From contig CADAPG010000003.1 in the NCBI GenBank assembly GCA_902789675.1, positions 1-58,501 on the forward strand: a stretch of 58,501 nt of DNA, in the 5' to 3' direction. Of the stretch, positions 8,140-17,050 are shown piece after piece. Every line of letters begins with the position of its first letter. The first letter of the stretch is position 1. This stretch comes from an uncultured Eubacteriales bacterium. GTDB taxonomy: Bacteria > Bacillota > Clostridia > Christensenellales > CAG-138. The notes beneath the pieces were generated by a model. That model had not been told where the DNA came from. It made no database searches and saw nothing but the letters and a program-made list of their open reading frames with translations. A program made the translations under genes and the position numbers.

Positions 8140-9356
8140 AGAAACCGATTTGCGTGCAGTCCGAGGTCGGAAGACTCAAAACAGTCATGCTGCACCGTCC
8201 GGGCGCGGAGCTCGAAAACCTGATGCCCGATTACCTTTCGAGGCAGCTCTTTGACGACATCCCGTATCTGGTCCACGCCAAGGAAGAACACGATCAGTTC
8301 GCAAAGACGCTCCGCGACTGCGGCGTCGAAGTGCTGTATCTCGACGCGCTCCTGAAGGAGGCGATCGAGGCGGCGGACGCGAAGGACGAGCTCATCTGGG
8401 AGTACATCCGCGAGGCGAACATCGCCGCGGAGGGCGCCGAGCAGGCGGTCAACGCGTACCTCAATGAACTTTCGCTCGATCGGCTCATTCAGGTCCTTGC
8501 GGGCGGCGTCAGAAAAAGCGACATCCCGAAGGTCGAAAAGCGGCATCTGGTGGACTTTACCGACGACAAATATCCGTTCTACGTCGATCCCATGCCGAAC
8601 CTGTACTTCACGCGCGACCCGTTCATGAACGTCGGCGACGGCGTGCTGATCTCGCGCATGGCAAACGAGGTCCGGCGGCGCGAAACGCTGTTCGCGAAGT
8701 ATATCTTCAAGTATCATCCGGTCTATAAGTGGGTCCCGAAATTCCATGACCGCACCGACGTGCATTCGCTGGAGGGCGGCGACTGTCTGGTGCTCTCGCC
8801 CGAGACCGTGGCGTTCGGCATGTCGCAGCGCACGAGCGCGCAGGCGGTCGAGCTGGCGGCGAACCGTCTGATCGGCGAGCGTACCGGCATCCGCGAGATC
8901 CTTGCGGTCGACATCCCGAAGGTCCGCGCGTTCATGCACCTCGACACCGTTATGACGATGGTCGACGTCGACACCTTTGTGGTGCATCCGAACATTCTCC
9001 GCACGATGCGCGCGTTCCGGCTCACAAAGCCCGAAGGCAGACAGCTGAAGATCGAGGAGGATCCGCGTCCGCTCGTCGAGGTCTTCTCCGACGTGCTGGA
9101 TCGCAAGGTCCGCTTCATCGAATGCGGCGGCGCGAGCGAGATCGACGCGGCGCGCGAGCAGTGGAACGACGGCGCGAACACGCTGTGCGTGGCGCCCGGC
9201 GAGGTCATCACCTATTCGCGCAACTATGTCACCAACCGGATCCTCCGCGAAAACGGCATCACGGTCCACGAGATCCCGTCCGCAGAGCTTTCAAGAGGAC
9301 GCGGCGGTCCGCGCTGCATGAGCATGCCGTTTGTCCGCGAACCCATCCAACCGTAA
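8136..9356 (+). CDS. arcA: arginine deiminase
   Basis: SEVGRLKTVMLHRPG, PMPNLYFTRD, EGGD, MHLDT, EQWNDG, SRGRGGPRCMSMP. Confidence 0.97.
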   Translation: MKKPICVQSEVGRLKTVMLHRPGAELENLMPDYLSRQLFDDIPYLVHAKEEHDQFAKTLRDCGVEVLYLDALLKEAIEAADAKDELIWEYIREANIAAEGAEQAVNAYLNELSLDRLIQVLAGGVRKSDIPKVEKRHLVDFTDDKYPFYVDPMPNLYFTRDPFMNVGDGVLISRMANEVRRRETLFAKYIFKYHPVYKWVPKFHDRTDVHSLEGGDCLVLSPETVAFGMSQRTSAQAVELAANRLIGERTGIREILAVDIPKVRAFMHLDTVMTMVDVDTFVVHPNILRTMRAFRLTKPEGRQLKIEEDPRPLVEVFSDVLDRKVRFIECGGASEIDAAREQWNDGANTLCVAPGEVITYSRNYVTNRILRENGITVHEIPSAELSRGRGGPRCMSMPFVREPIQP

Positions 9357-9392
9357 ATCCAAAAAATATCACATACAGAAAGGAAACCAATT

Positions 9393-10385
9393 ATGTTCCA
9401 GGGAAGAAATTTTCTCACGCTGCTCGACTACACACCCGACGAGATCCGCCAGCTTCTGAAGCTTGCGCATCAGGTCAAGGCCGAAAAGAAACAGGGCATT
9501 TTCCCGAAGCGCATGGCGAACAAGAACGTCGTGCTGCTGTTCGAGAAGACCTCCACCCGTACCCGCTGCGCGTTTGAAACCGCGGCATACGACGAGGGCG
9601 CGAACGTCACGTTCCTTAGTAACAGCCAGATGGGCAAAAAGGAATCGCTCGAAGACACCGCAAAGGTGCTCGGCAGATTCTATGACGGCATCGAGTTCCG
9701 CGGCTTCAAGCAGGAGACCGTCGAGCTGCTTGCCAAATACAGCGGCGTTCCGGTGTGGAACGGCCTCACCGACCTCTATCATCCGACGCAGGTCCTTGCG
9801 GACTGGATGACGATCGAAGAGCACGTCAAAAAGCCGCTCCATGAGGTCAAGTTCGTGTACGTCGGCGACGCGCGCAACAACATGGGCAACTCCCTGATGA
9901 TCGGCTGCGCCAAGATGGGCATGCACTTTGTCGGCATCGCGCCGAAAGAGCTGTTCCCGTCCGAGGAGCTCGTGAAGAAGATGCGCGAGCTCTGCAAGGA
10001 GACCGGCGGCAAGATCGAGCTTTCTGACTCCATCGACGCGGTCGAAGGCGCGGACGTCATCTATACCGACGTCTGGGTGTCCATGGGCGAGGAAGCGCAG
10101 TTCGAAGAGCGCATTCGTCTTCTGGAGCCGTATCGCGTCACGATGGACATGCTGAAGAAGACCGGCAATCCGGACGTCATCTTCGAGCACTGCCTGCCGT
10201 CCTTCCACGACCTCGAGACGAGCGTCGGCAAGGATATCTACGATCGCTTCGGTCTCAAGGAAATGGAGGTAAGCGACGAAGTGTTCCGTTCGAAGCACAG
10301 CGTCGTGTTCGACGAGGCGGAGAACCGCATGCACACGATCAAGGCGGTCATGGTCGCCACGATGTCCGACACGCTGGACAAATAA
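9393..10385 (+). CDS. argF: ornithine carbamoyltransferase (probably catabolic, ArcB role)
   Basis: STRTR, HPTQ, DVWVSMG and HCLP motifs; directly follows arcA. Confidence 0.95.
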   Translation: MFQGRNFLTLLDYTPDEIRQLLKLAHQVKAEKKQGIFPKRMANKNVVLLFEKTSTRTRCAFETAAYDEGANVTFLSNSQMGKKESLEDTAKVLGRFYDGIEFRGFKQETVELLAKYSGVPVWNGLTDLYHPTQVLADWMTIEEHVKKPLHEVKFVYVGDARNNMGNSLMIGCAKMGMHFVGIAPKELFPSEELVKKMRELCKETGGKIELSDSIDAVEGADVIYTDVWVSMGEEAQFEERIRLLEPYRVTMDMLKKTGNPDVIFEHCLPSFHDLETSVGKDIYDRFGLKEMEVSDEVFRSKHSVVFDEAENRMHTIKAVMVATMSDTLDK

Positions 10386-10396
10386 TTCCGTTATAC

Positions 10397-10433
10397 AGCG
10401 ATCCCGGAGGATTCCCTCCGGGATCGCTTTTTT
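10397..10433 (+). terminator. intrinsic terminator of the dnaX-argF run
   Basis: AGCGATCCCGGAGG-ATTC-CCTCCGGGATCGCT followed by a T run. Confidence 0.85.
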
Positions 10434-10475
10434 ATGCGGGTCGACCCTCTCTGCAACCGTATGTGTACAGCTAAA

Positions 10476-10822
10476 GGCCTTCCTCTTGAGGGGAAGCGGA
10501 TATCGTGTACCGTCGTCTCCTACAGACCGCTTCTACGGTATCTTTGCGCGCCGAAGGCGCATATCGTGCCGCAAGGTATATCGTGCCGCAAGGCATATCG
10601 TGAATCCCGCAGGGATTTATATCGCGCAGCCGTAGGGGAAGATCGTATCTTCCCGTTCCGCTGTTGCGGCGGGCGGATGATATCCGCCCCTACGGGTTCA
10701 TTGGCAAGAATGTCGCCTGCCCTTGCCTTCCCCTTGAGGGAAAGGTGGCGAGAAACGAGCCGGATGAGGTGAACACGCAGAAAAGCGTCAAGCTTTTCGC
10801 GGATGGATGAATTGTGCCTGCG
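10476..10822. repeat. composite cluster of REP-like and hairpin repeats
   Basis: CTTCCTC/GGGGAAG hairpin at 10479, ATATCG-spaced mini hairpins at 10548-10626, inverted GTAG-REP pair at 10632-10654 and 10671-10693, and a ~98 bp unit at 10725-10822 shared with 30596-30697. Confidence 0.8.
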
Positions 10823-11163
10823 GCAGATATGGGGACGCCGACGGACTCATTCGGGCTTAAGAAGATCCACTGACCGTTCAGGTACAGCGCGACGCCGTCG
10901 TCCAGATAGATATACGGCGCATTCTCGTCGCCGATGTTTGCTTCGTCCCGGTGCGTCGGCATGCTCGTCGCGGGCACGACCGAGCCGATCCGTCCCGAGA
11001 TCCCGCGTTCCGGCAGCTCTTTGACCTCGATGCCCGTCCAGTAATAGGTATAGTTTCCGATCAGCACCGCCGGAGTCGGCTGCGCCTCGATCGTTTCGAC
11101 CTTTCCCGCGGAGCAGCCCGTCAGGAGCAGCAGAATCATCCATACGGAAAGCAGTTTTTTCAT
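10690..11163 (-). CDS. lipoprotein (C-terminus probably extended by a 1-nt frameshift)
   Basis: MKKLLSVWMILLLLTGC lipobox; GGGAG RBS; the tail runs through the repeat cluster, and an alternative frame stops at 10847. Confidence 0.65.
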   Translation of the reverse strand: MKKLLSVWMILLLLTGCSAGKVETIEAQPTPAVLIGNYTYYWTGIEVKELPERGISGRIGSVVPATSMPTHRDEANIGDENAPYIYLDDGVALYLNGQWIFLSPNESVGVPISAAGTIHPSAKSLTLFCVFTSSGSFLATFPSRGRQGQATFLPMNP

Positions 11164-11298
11164 GGTCGATCTCCCTGTCATTCTCTACCTATAAAGACGT
11201 TTCAAACCGTCGAAAGGTGACGCTTTTTGCAGACAAATAAAAATCCCGCACCGTTCTGTAATACATAACGATGCGGGAGGCAAATGCGCTGCAGTTTT

Positions 11299-12393
11299 TT
11301 ACGGCTGAATTTCTCTGAGACTTTCGGCGATTTTGACGATCTCCTCCGCGGACAGGGTTCCGCTTACGGCAAAGATCGCGTTTTCGGTCGACCAGGTGAG
11401 CGTCGTCCAGTCGTCGCTGACGATCAGCAGCGCTTCTTCGCCGCGGACCGTGACGGATTCAATCCTTTGGGCATGCTCCGTGTCATACTGCGAAACGGCG
11501 GCGGGACCGTTTACCTCGATGCACAGATATCCGTCCTCGTCCCTGCCGTACGCAAGATCCGTTCCGATCTCGCTGTAGTTTCGGCGGATCGGTTCAAAAC
11601 CCTCCGGAACGTATTCGGGCGCATAGAAAAGATTCGCTTTTTCCAGCGAAGGATCCAAGGGCACGTCCGCAACGGGGACCAATTCTTCCTGAACGTGCTC
11701 TGCGATCATCAGGATTTCCGCTTCGGTCAGGGTCCCTTCCAGCCGGAAGGACGCTTTTTCGTTCGACCAAAGGAGCTCCAGCGAATCGTCCTGCCGCACG
11801 ATCAGCATGGCGGTCGCGCCGCGGAGCGGAACCGTTCGGATCTCCTTCGCGTTCTGCGTGTCGATCTCCGTACCGTCTGAACCGTACGTTGCGCGGAAGC
11901 GCATGTACCCGTCCTCGCCGCGCGTATAGAGCTCATCCGTGCCGGACGAAATGCGTTCCGAAACGAGCTCAACGCCGTCCGGCAGATATCCGATCCGATA
12001 GCGGTATGCCTTTTCGGTCTGTTTGCTTCCGTCGTTGTTGTCCAGGCTGACCTCGGCGTAATGCGGTGTGATCGAAACGAGGAATTTCGTGATCCGTCCG
12101 CGCACGGCTTCGGAGGACATCACGGTCACGAACAGGATCACGATGCAAGCCACCGCTGCAACGAGCACCTTGCCGAGGACGCGCGCGGCATGCGAAAGGG
12201 CGGGATGCTCCTTCTTCGGCTTTTTCTGCGCGGCGTCGTCGAGCGCACGGTCCAGCATTTTTTCAAAACGGCGGCGGGAAAACTCCGGGATCTCCTGTGT
12301 TTCGGGGCGTTCGGAAACAAGGATCCGGCTCTCGTATGCCGCATCCCGCGAGATCACTTCGCGGAACAGCGCGTCAAGTTGTTTCTTCGACAT
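11299..12393 (-). CDS. putative anti-sigma factor with two DUF4367-like extracellular domains
   Basis: Overlaps the ECF sigma stop; single TM ending EAVR; two repeats (YLPDG/YVPEG..LxW..GTLxxxEI). Confidence 0.8.
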   Translation of the reverse strand: MSKKQLDALFREVISRDAAYESRILVSERPETQEIPEFSRRRFEKMLDRALDDAAQKKPKKEHPALSHAARVLGKVLVAAVACIVILFVTVMSSEAVRGRITKFLVSITPHYAEVSLDNNDGSKQTEKAYRYRIGYLPDGVELVSERISSGTDELYTRGEDGYMRFRATYGSDGTEIDTQNAKEIRTVPLRGATAMLIVRQDDSLELLWSNEKASFRLEGTLTEAEILMIAEHVQEELVPVADVPLDPSLEKANLFYAPEYVPEGFEPIRRNYSEIGTDLAYGRDEDGYLCIEVNGPAAVSQYDTEHAQRIESVTVRGEEALLIVSDDWTTLTWSTENAIFAVSGTLSAEEIVKIAESLREIQP

Positions 12394-12952
12394 AGCCTTT
12401 CTCCTTGCAGATCCGATAAACCGCCTGCCTCGCCCGCGTCAGGTAGCTGCGGACGGTCGTTTCCCTGACGCCGAGCGTCTTTGCGATCTCCTTGTCCGTC
12501 ATCTCGAGAAGATACTTATAGCGCAGCACGTCCTTCAGGCTTTCGGGCAGAAACGTAAACGCCTGCCGCACCGTCTCGACGTCAAGCTTCAAAAGCGCTT
12601 GTTCCTCGGTCGAAAGCCCGGGCGCGGGCGGCTCGAAATGCGTTTCTTCGTCGTCCATACTGCCGACGATGTGCTTGCTGCGGGTTTTCTGCATGCGAAT
12701 ATAGTCCAGACACTTCCTTTTGATACACATAACGACGAAGAAGGGCAGGTTGCTGCAGGGGACTTTGTAAATTTTATCGAGATTTTTCGCGAAGTACAGA
12801 AACGTATCCTGTATGACATCCTCGACGGCGGATGCGTCCGAAAGCATGGATCTTGCTTTTTTCACCATCGCGTCGTAGTTGTCTTCATACAGGCCGCTCA
12901 GAAACGCCCGGTCCGTTTCATTCTCGATTGTCGCAAGCAATAAGGAAAGCAT
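12374..12952 (-). CDS. ECF-family RNA polymerase sigma factor
   Basis: Region 2 AVEDVIQDTFL and region 4 LPESLKDVLRYKY..EIAKTLGVRETTVRSYLTRAR; AGGAG RBS before 12952. Confidence 0.93.
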   Translation of the reverse strand: MLSLLLATIENETDRAFLSGLYEDNYDAMVKKARSMLSDASAVEDVIQDTFLYFAKNLDKIYKVPCSNLPFFVVMCIKRKCLDYIRMQKTRSKHIVGSMDDEETHFEPPAPGLSTEEQALLKLDVETVRQAFTFLPESLKDVLRYKYLLEMTDKEIAKTLGVRETTVRSYLTRARQAVYRICKEKGYVEETT

Positions 12953-12970
12953 TTCATTCTCCTGCTGTCT

Positions 12971-12998
12971 ATTGTATCGTTTCGGCACGGTTTGTCAA
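12971..12998 (-). promoter_or_regulatory. sigma-A promoter of the ECF sigma operon
   Basis: TTGACA-16-TACAAT on the minus strand. Confidence 0.65.
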
Positions 12999-13071
12999 TT
13001 CCCGCGTTGATGCGAAGGGAGGAGCCCCGAACGGCGATTTTTCAAAAAATCAAAACTTTTTTTCAAAAACG

Positions 13072-13106
13072 TCAAACCCGAACGGATTTCTTTGCGTCTA
13101 TACAGT
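13072..13106 (+). promoter_or_regulatory. ECF-type promoter TCAAACCCGA-N12-GCGTCTATACAGT
   Basis: AAC/CGTC ECF signature; near-identical copy at 56018-56052 on the minus strand. Confidence 0.7.
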
Positions 13107-13153
13107 GAAAAGCAAAACAAAAAGCGTTTGCAAAAGAAAAGGAGAGTATCACC

Positions 13154-13606
13154 ATGAGAAAAACGTATGCGTATAATTCCATCATCTTCGGCGTCCTGCT
13201 CGGCATTCTGGTCTACTGCACGACGGAGAGCATCGCGCTGACCGTCCTGACCGGCATCGGCGTTTCGGTCGTCGGCTTCTTCCTCATCCGTATGCTCGAG
13301 AAAGCGCTCTATAAGGGTGCCGACAAGGCGGCGGAAAAGATCACGGAGGCGTATCACCGCCGCAAGGAACAGAAAGCGATCGAAAACGGCACGTATCGGA
13401 AGCCCGAACCCACCACGCAGATGCCCGTGAGAACGGCGACGCAGATGCCCATGAGACCGGCAATGCAGACGACCGCCGGCACGGTTTGGGAGAAACCCAT
13501 CGAGAAGCCGGTCGTGTCGGAAACGAACTATTGCCCGTACTGCGGCAAGGCGGTGGACGGCGTTTCCCGCTTCTGCCCGTACTGCGGCAGATCGATCGAA
13601 GAATAA
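13154..13606 (+). CDS. membrane protein with C-terminal zinc ribbon
   Basis: Two TM helices; YCPYCG..FCPYCG; AGGAG RBS. Confidence 0.85.
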   Translation: MRKTYAYNSIIFGVLLGILVYCTTESIALTVLTGIGVSVVGFFLIRMLEKALYKGADKAAEKITEAYHRRKEQKAIENGTYRKPEPTTQMPVRTATQMPMRPAMQTTAGTVWEKPIEKPVVSETNYCPYCGKAVDGVSRFCPYCGRSIEE

Positions 13607-13622
13607 GAAGGAGGGAACGGAT

Positions 13623-14102
13623 ATGTGGATCGGGATTCTGGCTGCGTGCATCGCAGTTGCAATCGGCGTGATCATCGGGGTCAAGCGCGGCAAGGAGATC
13701 AAGGCGCTGCAGGAGGAAGGCAAGATCATCAAACGGGACATGAACTATGCGGAAAAGGGGCAGGAGTTCACCGCAAAGATCGGGACCTTCAGCGCGCTGG
13801 CGCAGGCGCTGAAGCAGCAGGGGATCCCCTGCACGGCGGAAGGCGCAACATCGGTGCAGGTGCTGTTTTCCGGCACGGATTTCCGGGCGCGGCTCTATAA
13901 AACGGATTTCGACGAGCCGTCCGGCATCGGCGTGTTCCGGTTCGAATTTACGCAATGGAAGATGCAACGGTATACGTATGCAAACGAAACGGGTATGAAC
14001 ATGCTTCTGACGGCGGTCGAAAAGGCGTTCTTAAGCCTTGACCCGAATACGGGCGTGGCGACCTACCCGCTGAATTACAAAACCAAACATTCGATTTTTT
14101 AA
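13623..14102 (+). CDS. membrane-anchored hypothetical protein
   Basis: N-terminal TM, GGAGG RBS, operon position. Confidence 0.8.
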   Translation: MWIGILAACIAVAIGVIIGVKRGKEIKALQEEGKIIKRDMNYAEKGQEFTAKIGTFSALAQALKQQGIPCTAEGATSVQVLFSGTDFRARLYKTDFDEPSGIGVFRFEFTQWKMQRYTYANETGMNMLLTAVEKAFLSLDPNTGVATYPLNYKTKHSIF

Positions 14103-14114
14103 GGAGGAACGGGT

Positions 14115-14303
14115 ATGCCGGATTGGGTCTGTCTTATCGGATTTTTCGTACTGATCGGGATCGTGATGGCGGTCGTCGGATTTATCGGCAACAAGATGTC
14201 GGACGGCGTGGAGAACGCGCTGCGCGCCAGGAAGCACCGGAATCGGCCGGAGCGGAAGAGCGAAAGCGCAAGCCTTTCGGAAAGATATCAGGCAGAACGC
14301 TGA
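14115..14303 (+). CDS. small single-TM protein
   Basis: AAGGAGG RBS; hydrophobic helix followed by a basic tail. Confidence 0.7.
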   Translation: MPDWVCLIGFFVLIGIVMAVVGFIGNKMSDGVENALRARKHRNRPERKSESASLSERYQAER

Positions 14304-14323
14304 CCGAAAGCACAAAAGGGATG

Positions 14324-14353
14324 AAAAAAAGGACGAATCGCTTCGTCCTTTTT
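14324..14353. terminator. bidirectional intrinsic terminator
   Basis: AAAAAAAGGACGAA-TCGC-TTCGTCCTTTTT between convergent genes. Confidence 0.75.
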
Positions 14354-14376
14354 CGTGTTTTGTATATCCGGTTGGA

Positions 14377-14571
14377 TTATTCCTTTTTCTCCTCGGGTTC
14401 GATCACGACGTCCGCCTTCGGTTCTTCCTTCTGTTCGTCGTCCTTGTTCGCCCAGTCCGAAACGACTTTCGCGCCGGTCTTGACGGAATTGACGATGCTC
14501 TTGCCCAGATCCTTGCCGAGCGAACCGAAGTCCTGTCCGACCTTCTTCCAGTTTTCCTTTAACTCTGTCAT
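14377..14571 (-). CDS. small hypothetical protein
   Basis: AAGGAG RBS; amphipathic helix and acidic tail. Confidence 0.65.
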   Translation of the reverse strand: MTELKENWKKVGQDFGSLGKDLGKSIVNSVKTGAKVVSDWANKDDEQKEEPKADVVIEPEEKKE

Positions 14572-14644
14572 ACGCGTATCTCCTTTTCCCGTTTTTCTTC
14601 AGTATACCATATCTGTTCCGGATTGCAAGTACCGATCCCGCATT

Positions 14645-16357
14645 TTAATCCCAGATGCGGTATGCCATCAGGAAGTGCTCCTTCCAGTACTTGCTTCTCA
14701 GGATGCTGTCGGTGATACGCACCTTGCCCTTCGAGGAGGATGCGTCGATCATTTTGCCGCTTCCGAGATAGATGCCGACGTGACCGGTCGCCATCGACGA
14801 TCCCTTGAAGACCATGACGTCGCCGCGCTTGATGTCGCTCATCGAGGTGATCCGCTTATACTTGGTGCAGGTACGCCACGTTTTGCTCGTCATGTAGCTC
14901 TGCTTGACGCCCGCCTGGTTCAGACACCAGTAGACGAACCCGGAGCAGTCGAACCGGTTCGGACCCTTCGCGCCGCGCACGTACTTGCAGCCGAGCTTGG
15001 ATTCCGCGATCTTGATGAACGCTTCCTTGCCCTGGCCGTAGTCGATGGTGTGACCCGGGGATCCGGTGTCGCCTTCCGGCTTTTCCGTCGGTTTCGCGGT
15101 CGGCTTCTTGGTGGGCTTCGGCGTTGTGCCGGGCTTCGGCGTCGCCGTCTTTGAGGGCTTCTTGGTTGCCTTCGGCGTTGCGGGTCTCGGCGTCGTCGGC
15201 GCCTTGACGGCTTCCTCGCCCAAAAGCAGCTGCATCGTCTCAAAATCGACCGAGCCGTTGTCTTCGACGCCGTTGCGCGTCTGGAAGTTCTTCACGGCGG
15301 CCTGCGTCTTTTCGCCGTAATAGCCGGTGACCTGATTGCCGGACAGATAGCCGAAATGCGCGAGCCGCTCCTGGATGCGGTGCACGTCCGCGCCTTCCAC
15401 GCCGACGGTGAAGGTGAACGAATCGGCTTCGCCGCTCTTCAGAAGATTGATGGTGGATTTGCCGAGGCAGCCGTCCACGACGAGACCGTTCTCCTCCTGG
15501 AAACGCCGCACCGCGTTCTGCGTCTGCTTTCCGAAGATGCCGTCCGGCAGGTAGGTGAGGTAGCCGAGCTCGTACAGGATCTGCTGGCAGTCCTGAATGG
15601 CTTCGTCTCTGTCCCCGATCGCAAAGGCGTTCGAAACGGTTTCGTCGCCGAGCAGCACTTCAAACGCGTCGTTGTCGATGATCACGCCGTCCGGCAGGTT
15701 GTTCTTCTGGCGGAACCGGCGCACCGCGGCTTCGGTCTCCTCGTCGTAAGCGCCGAACGGCATGCTGTCGAGATAGCCGAGCTCATACAGCCGCTCCTTG
15801 ACGATCTCCACATCGTCGCCGGTCGAGCCTTTGACCATGGCGTAGGTCAGAGCGTCGTCGGAGAACAGCTTCTCGTAGGTCTCCTTGTCGCAGATGCCGT
15901 TGACGTGCAGCCCGTTGCGCGCCTGGAACGAACGGACGGCGTCCGCCGTACCGTCGGAGTATTCGTCGTCCGGCTGTTCGAATTCCAGATAGTTCAGCTC
16001 CATCAGACGGATCTGGATGTCCACCACGACCGGCTCCTCGTCGCCGATCAGAAGCGAATCGCCGTTCAGCGGGTGACGCGGCGGCGTCGGCGTGGGGGAG
16101 GGGGTGGGCGTCGGAGACGGCGTCGGCGTCGGGTCAAGCGACGGCTCGGGCGTAAACTGCGCGGGGTCCGGCGTGACCATTGCCTGTTCCGGCGTCGGCG
16201 GTTCCTCAAATACGACGTCGTCGGCGGGAACCTCCGCTTTCTGCTGCGTGCCGGCGGTTACGGCGCAGCCGATCAGGAGGATCGCAAGAATGCCCGCCGT
16301 AAGCCAGACGGCGTACGTCCTCCGGGGTTTTTGTGCATTTGTATCCGGATGTTTCAT
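14645..16357 (-). CDS. peptidoglycan-binding-repeat NlpC/P60 cell-wall endopeptidase
   Basis: Four PG_binding_1-like repeats (LxELxYL..T.xAVxxFQxxNGL), PT linkers, catalytic FDCSGFV..GHVGIY; start MKHPD after GGGAG. Confidence 0.9.
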   Translation of the reverse strand: MKHPDTNAQKPRRTYAVWLTAGILAILLIGCAVTAGTQQKAEVPADDVVFEEPPTPEQAMVTPDPAQFTPEPSLDPTPTPSPTPTPSPTPTPPRHPLNGDSLLIGDEEPVVVDIQIRLMELNYLEFEQPDDEYSDGTADAVRSFQARNGLHVNGICDKETYEKLFSDDALTYAMVKGSTGDDVEIVKERLYELGYLDSMPFGAYDEETEAAVRRFRQKNNLPDGVIIDNDAFEVLLGDETVSNAFAIGDRDEAIQDCQQILYELGYLTYLPDGIFGKQTQNAVRRFQEENGLVVDGCLGKSTINLLKSGEADSFTFTVGVEGADVHRIQERLAHFGYLSGNQVTGYYGEKTQAAVKNFQTRNGVEDNGSVDFETMQLLLGEEAVKAPTTPRPATPKATKKPSKTATPKPGTTPKPTKKPTAKPTEKPEGDTGSPGHTIDYGQGKEAFIKIAESKLGCKYVRGAKGPNRFDCSGFVYWCLNQAGVKQSYMTSKTWRTCTKYKRITSMSDIKRGDVMVFKGSSMATGHVGIYLGSGKMIDASSSKGKVRITDSILRSKYWKEHFLMAYRIWD

Positions 16358-16608
16358 ACGGAAACTCCCTCTCTGTATATTTTCAGATGTTATCATTATA
16401 AAGGGAGAATGCAAGCAAAGTGTGCAATTTTGATGAACAAAACGCAACAGAAATGTTAAAAAAGAAAGAACAAACCGGCGAAACCGGCGGAACGGAGAGG
16501 GATCGGCGCCGAATCCCGCCGCACAACAGCAAAAAACCTGCGGGATTCCGGCGCGCTTTGAAAAGTTTCTGTTGCGTTCGGCGCGCAAAAAGGGTATGAT
16601 AACAATGT

Positions 16609-17049
16609 ATGAGCATGCATTCCGACATCATCCGTTCCATGGAGCTTGCGCGGCCGGCGGACCCGCTTTCGCTGCCCGCGCTGACGCTGGCGTACATCGG
16701 CGACACGATCTACGATCTGTACGTCCGCACGACGCTGGCGGAGACCCTGCGCCTTCCGATGCGCGCCCTGCACCTTGAGGCGGCAAAGTACGTCTGCGCC
16801 GCGGGGCAGGCGGCGGCGTTCCGCCGCATCGAGGACCGGCTTTCCGAAAGCGAGCGGGCGGCGTTCCGCCGCGGACGCAACGCGCATTCCGGCACCGTGC
16901 CGAAGCACGCGGACGTGCGCGACTACCGCGTGGCGACGGGACTCGAAGCGCTGCTCGGGCATCTGTATCTATTGGGCGAGGACGCGCGCATCGGCGAGCT
17001 GATGCGCCTCGCCCTGCAATCTGCGAATGAATCCGAAAAGGAGTCTTGA
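16609..17049 (+). CDS. mrnC: Mini-ribonuclease III
   Basis: LAYIGDTIYDLYVR, RRGRNA, YRVATGLEALLG; upstream of rlmB. Confidence 0.93.
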   Translation: MSMHSDIIRSMELARPADPLSLPALTLAYIGDTIYDLYVRTTLAETLRLPMRALHLEAAKYVCAAGQAAAFRRIEDRLSESERAAFRRGRNAHSGTVPKHADVRDYRVATGLEALLGHLYLLGEDARIGELMRLALQSANESEKES

Positions 17050-17050
17050 C

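Noticed and set aside
10434-10772. 112-aa ORF, and similarly 30410-30685
   Set aside because: These run entirely across palindromic repeat clusters; no RBS or protein-like motifs.
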